From Lacipirellulaceae bacterium (GTDB taxonomy: Bacteria; Planctomycetota; Planctomycetia; Pirellulales; Lacipirellulaceae), in assembly GCA_035545135.1 (NCBI GenBank), contig DASZZA010000271.1, positions 1 through 34,965 on the forward strand: DNA of 34,965 nt, read 5' to 3'. The notes under the pieces were generated by a model. That model saw only the letters and a program-made list of their open reading frames with translations, was not told the origin of the DNA and made no database searches. The translations under genes and the position numbers were made by a program. Shown here piece by piece: positions 5,342 to 13,663 of the stretch. Position 1 is the stretch's first letter, and each line of letters begins with the position of its first letter.

Positions 5342-7458
5342 CTCGTCAGGCTGTCGTTTTCATCGTAGCCAGGAAGTCTTGGAAGGGCGGTTTGAGCGGC
5401 TGTTGTGCCAGATACAGCGCCGGGAATCGCTCGTCCTGAAATCTGTGAGGATGCTCGGCGCAGACTCTGCAACATTCTAGGGTGATGTGCGACTTGGGAC
5501 AGTGCGGACTGCACTAAATTTGGGTCACGCGACACAAGCATCTCTGCGATTTGACGCGCCAGACGTTGATCGACCGCCCGCACGCCTCTCGCGGCACCGT
5601 AGCCAATCAGCGCCCCAGTTAAAAATCCGGCAGGATCTGAGAGCGGATTTCCGTGGGTATTTAAGGTTCCAGCACCGCCCGCCAATCCCAATTCAACGAG
5701 CTGTCGCGCAGTCGTCGAGTTGCCCATCGCCATGCGCGGCTGGTCCATAATACTTTCGAGATGCAGAAACGCTTCAAGTTCGCGGGCATTTTGCGGTCCG
5801 AGAGCGATCTCAAGTTTTTCCCGCTCAGCCGGGCTGTTGGCGATTCGATTGACCAGATTTTGCCTGTCGCCAGTTCTGTTTACTCTTTCGAGATACCGGC
5901 TGACGAAGCCCTCTTGAAACGCCTGCATCTCTGCGGGGGTCATCTGTGCAACGGCGCGACGCGTGACATTGTTGGAAAAGTTTTGCGTTGCATAGGTTTC
6001 TCCGGCTTCAAGGGCGTTATCAGCACCGAAGAATTGCGCGGCAACGCCCCGTGCCTGACGGTACTGAGGGACGGCGTTGTCCAATTCGCCCCGTAGCTGC
6101 CGAGCAAATTGTCTTGCTAAGCCCGACGTTTCTCTTTGACCGCCCGTTGCTGCGCTACTTCCAAGTTCATCGAGTTCGCGTTTGACATAATCCCAATACT
6201 GAAGATTGGGATAGGTAGGAACGCCGTTTGGACCTCGTGTAAATTTGAACATCCCACTATCGTCAAACGCGACACCCGGATTGAACGCTCCATACCCATC
6301 TGCGATTGCTCTATCCTGTCCTTTCGTCACCGCATTTTTCATGGCCTGACGAAACATCGGAGATCCTGACATGCGCTCGATGGTCGGAGACCAAATCGGC
6401 CGGTCTCCTGCTTCACGCGCGGCGTCGTAGAGAGGTCGATTGGCTCGCCTCGCAGCATCGACAAGCGCCTCTCGCGTTTCCGCGGCATTTCCAGGCGTGG
6501 CGACAAGGTTTCGGAGAAACGCTGTTGCTCGGTCCGCCTGTCCCGCAAAACGGTCATTGACCATGCGGTTGAGAACGTCCCGCGCTTCGGGCGATTGGTT
6601 CGCTGCAGATCTCGCCAACGCTGTGAGATTGGCGCTCGAAAAGCCAAGGTCTGGATTATCTATATTGCGGAGTTCTTCACCGGCACGGCCTTGTGCCACG
6701 AGCGTTTGCGCATCTATTTGTCTTTGCGCGGATGCAGGTTGTCCGTAAGCGGCGTCGGCAGCTCTCGATGCGGCGATGTCGCTGTCTTGCGCGTTAACAA
6801 TGCGCCGTGCGGCTTCGTAAGCTGGGCGTCGGACTGCATTGATTTGCGGGACGATGTAATTGTTGATGCCAGACGCAGCAGCCTCGACAAGAGGTGGGGC
6901 TGCTGCTCCAACGGTGGCTCCGACCGCTGCGCCGCCGAGGCCGCCAGCGACGCGATTCTCGACGCCGCCTTCACTGGTGCCGGTTCCGTAGAGCCCTCCA
7001 TAAAGTGCGCCCTCTTTGGCTCCGGCTTGAATAACGCGTCCCAAAGGTTGGCCAGCGCGGATCGCGGCGCTTGTGGCGGACTCCAGTCCCGCTTTTTCCA
7101 GCCCTCCGGGCACGGCAACGATGCCGGCGAGTTCGCCGCCGTGATACCACCACGGGTGCTGGCTGGACGCTGCGGCGTTGCGGGCACGGGAATTATTGAG
7201 TTCTTGGTCATAGATATCGCCGTAAGCCCTCTTATCGCCCATAGCCCGATAGTAGGCGGCACGCGCGGCTGCCTCTGCTTCGTCGGAAAAACCAAACGAC
7301 AAGCCTTGACCAGCTCCTCTCACTCCTGCTTCCAGGCCGCCAACCTGCGGCTCGGGTGCCGGTGAGGTCACGAACTTGGCAAACGGATCGTTCGGATCAT
7401 CGGGTGTGGAAGACGTAGCAGAATTAGCGAACTTCGCGAAGGGGTCAGCGTCTGTCAT
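5335..7458 (-). CDS. Internal virion / ejection protein (third of three large proteins)
   Basis: 707-aa ORF whose start abuts the upstream stop (TAAATG). Gly/Ala-rich hydrophobic stretches. N-terminus carries DPFAKF twice. Its position resembles T7 gp14-16. Confidence 0.6.
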   Translation of the reverse strand: MTDADPFAKFANSATSSTPDDPNDPFAKFVTSPAPEPQVGGLEAGVRGAGQGLSFGFSDEAEAAARAAYYRAMGDKRAYGDIYDQELNNSRARNAAASSQHPWWYHGGELAGIVAVPGGLEKAGLESATSAAIRAGQPLGRVIQAGAKEGALYGGLYGTGTSEGGVENRVAGGLGGAAVGATVGAAAPPLVEAAASGINNYIVPQINAVRRPAYEAARRIVNAQDSDIAASRAADAAYGQPASAQRQIDAQTLVAQGRAGEELRNIDNPDLGFSSANLTALARSAANQSPEARDVLNRMVNDRFAGQADRATAFLRNLVATPGNAAETREALVDAARRANRPLYDAAREAGDRPIWSPTIERMSGSPMFRQAMKNAVTKGQDRAIADGYGAFNPGVAFDDSGMFKFTRGPNGVPTYPNLQYWDYVKRELDELGSSAATGGQRETSGLARQFARQLRGELDNAVPQYRQARGVAAQFFGADNALEAGETYATQNFSNNVTRRAVAQMTPAEMQAFQEGFVSRYLERVNRTGDRQNLVNRIANSPAEREKLEIALGPQNARELEAFLHLESIMDQPRMAMGNSTTARQLVELGLAGGAGTLNTHGNPLSDPAGFLTGALIGYGAARGVRAVDQRLARQIAEMLVSRDPNLVQSALSQVAHHPRMLQSLRRASSQISGRAIPGAVSGTTAAQTALPRLPGYDENDSLTSQ

Positions 7459-10188
7459 TTATTTCGCCCCAGCCAAGATGCGGTCGGATGCTCCGTCACC
7501 GAAATGCTTATCGAATGAGGCTCGATGCACAGCGTCGGGGTTCTGCTTCAGGAGAATGATGGCCTCCTGAGGCGGCTCATCAGCAACGCGCCCTTGTATT
7601 TTCTCCGGGCCAGCGTCCCCATTTGTCCACTTTTTGACGCGTGCCAAGACTTCCTGAGAGTGCGGCGTCAGCAAAGGACCGTATTTTTTAGAGAGATTTG
7701 GTCCGAGGGACGACTCACGTTTCGACTCAAGTGCGTTCAAGCTGCCGTTCAACAGATCCATCAGCTTGCCCACGGCGGCTTTCTGCTGTTCCGGAGACAT
7801 ATTTGGATTAAGAGACGCCTCCCATGCCTTGATTTCCGTGTCGCTCAGGTTTGATCCCTTGAAGACTTTTGACATTTCGTCGGCAACGGCATGAGCGTTG
7901 GCGAGAAAGTCTGGAACGCCGGCCGTGCCGCTTATCTTTTGATTGGCGTAATTTTTGACCTCGTTGACAAACGGGTATTGCGTGTTGTTGAGCTTGTCGA
8001 AGCTCTCGACCAGATGGCCGACGTGATCGATTGTCTGGTTTGCGGCTCGGACCATCTCCGAGCTTTTGCCGCCGCCGACAAAATCCTTACGACCTGCAAC
8101 GCGTGCGCCCCACGAGGTCAAATCAAAACCCGGCTCATATTGTGCCGCTGCGTCGAGTAACTTGTTCCATTTTTCGGACCGAGCCAGGACATACGAGCTA
8201 GGCGGCTGAATTTCTCCGTTGACCATTTTCTGGACCAACGTTGCGTCGCTTCGCGGAAGTGTCTTGAGGTAGTCATCTCCGGTGAGCGGTGCGCCGTCTG
8301 GCCCCACCGCCCCAGATGGAGACAGAGCCGTATTTTCCGCGCCGGTGGCTCCGATGGGCTTGTAAGTCTTTGTGATCGGATCGTACTGGCCGTAAATGGT
8401 CTTACCCCACTCGTTCTGGCCAATGGCTTTCGGAAGATGCAGGTCCATTTCCTTCGCCTGCTTTTCAAGCGGGAAGGACTCAGCCGCGCGCGCTTCCTGC
8501 GCCCCTGCAATTCTCAATCGTTCTGAGGCCTCCCGAGCCTGCTGCGCCAGGCGTTGTGCTTCCATATCGATCCGACGTTTCGATTCCGTGTTCTCGATCG
8601 CGTTCTGCTTCGCGCCGCTGTAGGCCTTGACACCCTGCAAGCCCCCTTCCCCAATCGCTGTTCCGATGAACGGTGACTGCGACGCCATCATTCCGAGACC
8701 GGCAGCGAGCAGTCCTTGACGTGCAGGATCGGAGAGTTGCAGACCAAACAATCCTTCCTTGGTCGGGAGATCATAGGACGTCGCTAAGGGTACGCCGGAT
8801 GGAGCGGGATTCTGCGGCGCAGGAACGTCGCTAGCGCCCAAATACGACGGCGGCGGCAGGGATGGTGCGGAAGCTACAGTCGGGCTCCACGGGCTATCCT
8901 CCGAGCCTGTAGGACTCGGTGAGTTCCAGTCTCCCACCGGCACGGAATAGGCTCCCGATCCATCGTCAAACAGATCGGTGACGTCGCCGCCGCCTTCGTA
9001 GCCTCTCCGAACTGTGCCGCCATCTGAGAAGCCGAACATGTTGCCGAGATAGTTTCCAAATCCCGACATACTGGACGGGGTAACCGTTGTCGAAAACCCT
9101 GACGCCGGATCGGTCGCGGTGTTGGCATAGTTCCAGGCTTTCGAGCCGAGATTTCCAAGTCCCTGAAACGCCGAGTGCGCCTGCTTGAAGTTGTTGAGCA
9201 CATCAGACATGCCGCCGCCCGTCTGATCGTCAATGCTCGGCATGGGACCGGAATGGTTCATGCCGCCGTGCATCTGGGCAGTAGGGACGTAGGATCGCGC
9301 ATTGGGATAGGGCGAGACGACGCCGCCGGAATCGTATCCAACACGGCCACCGTCTTTGAACAGGCTTGCCGCACCCAGTCCGAGACCGGCAATCTGCGAC
9401 CACATGTTTGGTCCAGGCTGTGTCTGACTGCTCTGCGAGCCTGCGGCGCCTCCGAGACCGGTTTCAAGAGACGCTAGCCACTGCGTCGTGTTGAACGGAT
9501 AGGCCGCTTCGGCTTGAGCGTTGGCGGTGTTGGCGTTCAACTGGTTCTGCTGCTGGGTCTGTTGAAGATTGCCGATCCCAAGCAACGAGGCGATATCGTT
9601 CTGTCCGAGCTGCTGCGCTTGACCCGCCAATTGGCTATTGATCGTTGCACCCTGGAGTGCCCGCGACGCATCGTTCTGCGCCGCACCGAGAGCTTGCGTG
9701 TAGCCCTGAGAATAGAGCCCAGCGATCACCGGGTTCTGAGCAAGCGCCTGCTGGCCCTGAAGAACAGATTGAGCAACCTGTGATCGGTCTCCGGTCAGAG
9801 CGCCGATCTTTGCTGCATTTGCATTTGCTGATTGAAGCTGTTGCGCGTTGGAATTAGCAAACTGCGCCTGCGTCGCGTTGACGACATTCTGCGTGTAGGG
9901 GTCCATATAGGACTGAATGGCGCCGGCAGAGATCGGAGACGCACCCGCTGCGACACCCGAGCTAGCCGAATTGAGAAACGGCTGATAGACGCCAAGGTTG
10001 GCTTGTGTCGCGTCGAAGGCTTGGTTTTGGGGCGCGGTAAAGCCTGCAACCTGTTGATTGGTTGCAGGGTTATAGGGCGTCGAAGCGACGTTCTGCGCCT
10101 GCCCCAAAAGCTGAGAATAGGCTTTCTGGTATTCAGGCAACGCACCCGTCTGGGACGTGGTCGTTTTTGTCTTGCCGCCACCACACAT
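7459..10188 (-). CDS. Internal virion / ejection protein (largest)
   Basis: 909-aa ORF with a Gln/Asn/Ala-rich N-terminal third. Contains the motifs FKDGGRVGYDSGGVV and FSDGGTVRRGYEGGGDV. Abuts both neighbours. Confidence 0.6.
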   Translation of the reverse strand: MCGGGKTKTTTSQTGALPEYQKAYSQLLGQAQNVASTPYNPATNQQVAGFTAPQNQAFDATQANLGVYQPFLNSASSGVAAGASPISAGAIQSYMDPYTQNVVNATQAQFANSNAQQLQSANANAAKIGALTGDRSQVAQSVLQGQQALAQNPVIAGLYSQGYTQALGAAQNDASRALQGATINSQLAGQAQQLGQNDIASLLGIGNLQQTQQQNQLNANTANAQAEAAYPFNTTQWLASLETGLGGAAGSQSSQTQPGPNMWSQIAGLGLGAASLFKDGGRVGYDSGGVVSPYPNARSYVPTAQMHGGMNHSGPMPSIDDQTGGGMSDVLNNFKQAHSAFQGLGNLGSKAWNYANTATDPASGFSTTVTPSSMSGFGNYLGNMFGFSDGGTVRRGYEGGGDVTDLFDDGSGAYSVPVGDWNSPSPTGSEDSPWSPTVASAPSLPPPSYLGASDVPAPQNPAPSGVPLATSYDLPTKEGLFGLQLSDPARQGLLAAGLGMMASQSPFIGTAIGEGGLQGVKAYSGAKQNAIENTESKRRIDMEAQRLAQQAREASERLRIAGAQEARAAESFPLEKQAKEMDLHLPKAIGQNEWGKTIYGQYDPITKTYKPIGATGAENTALSPSGAVGPDGAPLTGDDYLKTLPRSDATLVQKMVNGEIQPPSSYVLARSEKWNKLLDAAAQYEPGFDLTSWGARVAGRKDFVGGGKSSEMVRAANQTIDHVGHLVESFDKLNNTQYPFVNEVKNYANQKISGTAGVPDFLANAHAVADEMSKVFKGSNLSDTEIKAWEASLNPNMSPEQQKAAVGKLMDLLNGSLNALESKRESSLGPNLSKKYGPLLTPHSQEVLARVKKWTNGDAGPEKIQGRVADEPPQEAIILLKQNPDAVHRASFDKHFGDGASDRILAGAK

Positions 10189-10677
10189 TTAGTTCACTCC
10201 CCGGCCAGTTGACCCGCCATGAAGAAAAAAGGCACCGGCTGGTTCGCCAAGCGCCTTCCTGTAAAGCCGCACCTTCGCGGCAGTGCGGTAGTTCGAGAGA
10301 ACACCGATCATTAGAGGGAGATTGAAATGGTCGGAGACATGCTTCGCGAACGCAATCAGGTCGTTGCTGTTTGAGGATGACCGGAACTGCGGATAAACGA
10401 ACGAGAACAACTCTTGGAAGCAGGGTTGCGTCGTGTACCAGAGACAAGCCGGTTCGAGAAAAATCGCTCCCTCGATATTGTCTCGATCACCGATAACTCC
10501 AACGACGCCATGACGTTGTTCAACCGGACCAGCGACGGCTTTTCGGAAGGCATAGCGCACGGCTGCTTCATCGAGTTCAAACAGACCGTTTTCGGCATGA
10601 AGAAACCTTGCAAGTTTCATCAATGCTTCCTCGTCGCCCGAGTCAGCGACTCGAACGCGGGTGTGATCACCGCTCAT
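10189..10677 (-). CDS. GNAT-like acetyltransferase-fold protein embedded in the ejection-protein operon
   Basis: 162 aa. The pattern ...GVIG..IEGAIFLE...ELFSFVYPQFRSSSNSNDLIAFAKHVSD...PLMIGV resembles the GNAT beta4-alpha3 core, but with a degenerate R/Q-x-x-G-x-G/A motif. Its stop abuts the start of the 909-aa gene. Confidence 0.45.
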   Translation of the reverse strand: MSGDHTRVRVADSGDEEALMKLARFLHAENGLFELDEAAVRYAFRKAVAGPVEQRHGVVGVIGDRDNIEGAIFLEPACLWYTTQPCFQELFSFVYPQFRSSSNSNDLIAFAKHVSDHFNLPLMIGVLSNYRTAAKVRLYRKALGEPAGAFFLHGGSTGRGVN

Positions 10678-10689
10678 GTTTTGGGTTCT

Positions 10690-12807
10690 CTACTTCTGTG
10701 GGCCTGGAAGAGACCTGAGAGTCTTGATCGTGTCGTTGCGGGTGTTTTTCACCCAGGCATCCAAAATCGCGTGACCTTGGTTGAGATCACCGCCGCCGAC
10801 TGCTGCCACTTGCTCTGGTGAGAGAACATGTTCGCCACCTGCTGCGAGAATCGGAACCTTGCCTCCCGTCGCATAAGCTAGCTTCGGTGCCTGAGCCGGG
10901 AACATTTCTCCAAGAACGCGCGTCCCTGCCAAGGTATTCCCTTCGCCCAATGCGGAGACAATATCGCTTGGGATTACGTAGGAGCCAGCCGCTACATCTA
11001 TGGGGAGAACGTCCGTGCGCCCCCCACTGGCTGCATGAAGCGGTCCCGACACAACCTTACCCTGCTGCCCGTGACCATCCACAGCCCCACCCGTTGCTTT
11101 AAGGTCACGAAGGTCCGGTGCTTGTTTAGCTCCGAAAAATCGCTTAAGTTCATCACTCGCTGCCGTCTGAGAGCCAGGTGAGGCAGGAGGGGTTTCCAAT
11201 GTCACTTTTGCAGGCTTTGAAGAACCTTTGGTACCGGCCGATTTACTACGGCGGCCGGCGCCCGGAGCCTTCTTTGCAGGAGCAACGGGCGGAATATCGG
11301 AAGCACCTTCAAGCACGGGCAGACTACGTTCGGAAACGGGACCGACTGGACGAGATGAGCGATGCAGAGCTGTATCGTTACCGGCAAGCAGCTCTTCGGA
11401 AGCTCCTAGTGGAGCAGGGGATACTGGACCCTGCGGCCTGACCGCGACTCCAGTCCCGGGTGGAAGCTGGTAGCTTGAGCGACGGAATATTCCACCAAGA
11501 CCGCCCGGGAGCATCTGACCAAGTTCATTGCCGCCAAATCCTTCGAGCGCCCCCATCAACGCGCGCTCTTTGAATTTCTCCGGATCGTAGAGTTCTTCTG
11601 CAGCCTGAACCCGCAAGGGATTAAGAGTCGGCAGCTTCTCCGCCATCGCCTGCGCCTTGACCTTATCTGGATGGTCGTCTGGCAGGTTGTAGGCGTACGC
11701 CTCGTAGGCGCGCTGCTCCGGGTTATCGACTTCCGTTGCGAAAGCGTTGTAGGCGAGCGGGACGTTGTTTGCTCCCACCCCGAATGTTGCCCCGGTAAAG
11801 GCCCTCAGAGCCTTGCTTCCAAGGTTGGAGGCAGGACCATAGGCCAATCGCGAAACGACGCCAGGAACGAACCCAGCCACAAGAGGGGCATACCCTCCGA
11901 GCTTGTCGTAGACCTTGCCGACTTCGGTGTCGGAAAACCGGCGATCCCGTCCAAGTTCAAGGTCTCTCGCCGCAGTGGCGTTCTGGACCTGCTGGTCGTA
12001 GAGCCCCTGCTTCGCGGCATCGCGCTTGGAAAGCGCCTCGGCAAACTGACCTTGAAGTCCCTTCACACGGGCTGCGGCTTCGGCCCGGCTGGCATCACCG
12101 TTTCGGCCGGGATAATCCCGCGTGGCGTTGTTCTGTTCGACCTTGATCTGCTGATAGAGGGCGAGCAGTGAGGGATCGTCTTTGATCTTCTCGAAGACTG
12201 GATCGACTTCCGGAGGCGCAGCAACGGGAGGTGGCGGAGATTGATGCGGTGCTCGATGCAGCCGACGTGCTTCGGCCGATGGGATCAGGTCGGCATCCCG
12301 AAGCGCAGCCAGCCCTAAGCCTCCTAATCCCGAAACTGCAGTCAGCGTCGGAGACATCATCGCCAGTCCGGATTGAACGCCAGCGTTGGTGATGTTGGCG
12401 AGGGACGGATCACTGATCGCGTCGGCTAGTCCTGTTCCTGCGGCATCGAACTGTCCGACTGTGGCTCTGGCCGGAAACTCCGCGGCTGACAGAGCAAGAT
12501 CGCCCCACGTTGGATCAGGCTCACGGCTTGAAATGAAACCGTTCGGACGCCCCGCAATCGTTGTCGGAGTCATCGGACCAAAGCCATAGTCCGGTAATCT
12601 CGTTAAACCGGAAAGACCTGACGTGTCAGCCACGTTGCCTCCTGATGCGAAAGAGGATTGAGGTTCTTGGTTGTCATAGAGAGCGGCAGGGAGAAGTGAG
12701 GGAAGGCCGTCAGAATAAAGCGTCTCACCAGTCGTGGCGGATCGGATCGAACCCGGTCGAAAGACGTTGGTGACGTTCATGTTGCCGGTCTTGCCGGGAA
12801 CGTCCAT
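10690..12807 (-). CDS. Internal virion / ejection protein (first of three)
   Basis: 705-aa ORF with a central Pro/Ser/Gly-rich disordered-looking linker. C-terminal SGGRTDVLPIDVAAGSYVIPSDIVSALGEGNT...YATGGKVPILAAGGEHVL. The exact start is uncertain because there is no clear SD. Confidence 0.6.
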   Translation of the reverse strand: MDVPGKTGNMNVTNVFRPGSIRSATTGETLYSDGLPSLLPAALYDNQEPQSSFASGGNVADTSGLSGLTRLPDYGFGPMTPTTIAGRPNGFISSREPDPTWGDLALSAAEFPARATVGQFDAAGTGLADAISDPSLANITNAGVQSGLAMMSPTLTAVSGLGGLGLAALRDADLIPSAEARRLHRAPHQSPPPPVAAPPEVDPVFEKIKDDPSLLALYQQIKVEQNNATRDYPGRNGDASRAEAAARVKGLQGQFAEALSKRDAAKQGLYDQQVQNATAARDLELGRDRRFSDTEVGKVYDKLGGYAPLVAGFVPGVVSRLAYGPASNLGSKALRAFTGATFGVGANNVPLAYNAFATEVDNPEQRAYEAYAYNLPDDHPDKVKAQAMAEKLPTLNPLRVQAAEELYDPEKFKERALMGALEGFGGNELGQMLPGGLGGIFRRSSYQLPPGTGVAVRPQGPVSPAPLGASEELLAGNDTALHRSSRPVGPVSERSLPVLEGASDIPPVAPAKKAPGAGRRSKSAGTKGSSKPAKVTLETPPASPGSQTAASDELKRFFGAKQAPDLRDLKATGGAVDGHGQQGKVVSGPLHAASGGRTDVLPIDVAAGSYVIPSDIVSALGEGNTLAGTRVLGEMFPAQAPKLAYATGGKVPILAAGGEHVLSPEQVAAVGGGDLNQGHAILDAWVKNTRNDTIKTLRSLPGPQK

Positions 12808-12864
12808 CGCAGTAAACGCAATGGATGGCGCGATGGTGAATCGAGGATGATCAAATGCGCCACG

Positions 12865-13476
12865 TCATGGCCTCGTATACGAGATCATGAAGCTCATGCC
12901 TTGGCAGGATGAATTCGACTGGATGAGGATCGTTAAGTCGTCACCAACATTGAAGGTGTTCGATGAGGTTCGGGATATCGTTTGCTCTGACGTCGAGACG
13001 CTGTTGGATGGTCCGCCCATCGAGGATGTATTGACGCGGAATGTTGCTGTGCATGATCCAGACGTACAGATGGTCGTCGTACTCGTAACCGTTCCGGAGA
13101 ACGGCGAATTCAACCAAATCTTGTAAACACCATTATCCGGGAACGCGAAAAGACCACCGATCCCATCCACGAACGTTTCAAACGTTGGAAGTGCGCCAGC
13201 GCCATTGCTGGTCAGGAGTTGTCCGGCAGTACCGACACTCGCAACAGACTGCAATGCGCCTGTCGTTGTTGTGCCGCCACAGATCGGCGCATAAGCCGTA
13301 AAACTAGATTTGTTCGTGCCACCGTTTGTGACGGGCAGCACAATACTGGCGAGTGAACCTACGGCCTTGGTCAGTTCCGACAAATTCTGATTGAGCAACG
13401 CGCCGTTGGTCGCGATCTCATTCAGCGCGGTCGCATCAACCGGGCTCTGTTGAGATGGCGCGGTATCGTCGGCCAT
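12865..13476 (-). CDS. Short tail-fibre-like protein
   Basis: The start at MADDTAP overlaps the upstream stop as TAATG. Shares GGT...GQLLTSNGAGALPTFE with the repeats of the 894-aa fibre. Ser/Thr-rich C-terminal domain. Confidence 0.6.
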   Translation of the reverse strand: MADDTAPSQQSPVDATALNEIATNGALLNQNLSELTKAVGSLASIVLPVTNGGTNKSSFTAYAPICGGTTTTGALQSVASVGTAGQLLTSNGAGALPTFETFVDGIGGLFAFPDNGVYKIWLNSPFSGTVTSTTTICTSGSCTATFRVNTSSMGGPSNSVSTSEQTISRTSSNTFNVGDDLTILIQSNSSCQGMSFMISYTRP

Positions 13477-13661
13477 TACGAGTTGGCGCCCCAAGCCTTG
13501 GTGATGCCGGATATCTTCTGGATCAGAACGGAGAGGTTCTGATTCAAAAGCGCCCCGTTGGTCGCAATGTTCTTTAAGCTGGGGTTGCTGTTCGCATTGG
13601 CGTTGTTCGTCGTCCCCTGGCTTGTTCCAAGCAGGGACTTGATCGCATCATTCGTCGGCAT
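13476..13661 (-). CDS. 61-aa protein duplicating the N-terminal motif of the adjacent fibre-like protein
   Basis: LKNIATNGALLNQNLSVL here compares with LNEIATNGALLNQNLSEL in the next gene. Tightly coupled on both sides. Confidence 0.5.
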   Translation of the reverse strand: MPTNDAIKSLLGTSQGTTNNANANSNPSLKNIATNGALLNQNLSVLIQKISGITKAWGANS

Positions 13662-13663
13662 GA

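Noticed and set aside
6595-7365. 256-aa plus-strand ORF inside the 707-aa gene.
   Set aside because: Antisense ORF with low-complexity Arg/Gly/Cys/Ala composition, no RBS, and full containment within a long coupled minus-strand gene.
12887-13126. 79-aa plus-strand ORF that reads protein-like (MKLMPWQDEFDWMRIV...).
   Set aside because: It is antisense to the Ser/Thr-rich C-terminus of the fibre-like gene, which naturally yields Asp/Glu/Val-rich antisense codons. It has no convincing SD. It serves as a caution for judging the 11199 ORF.
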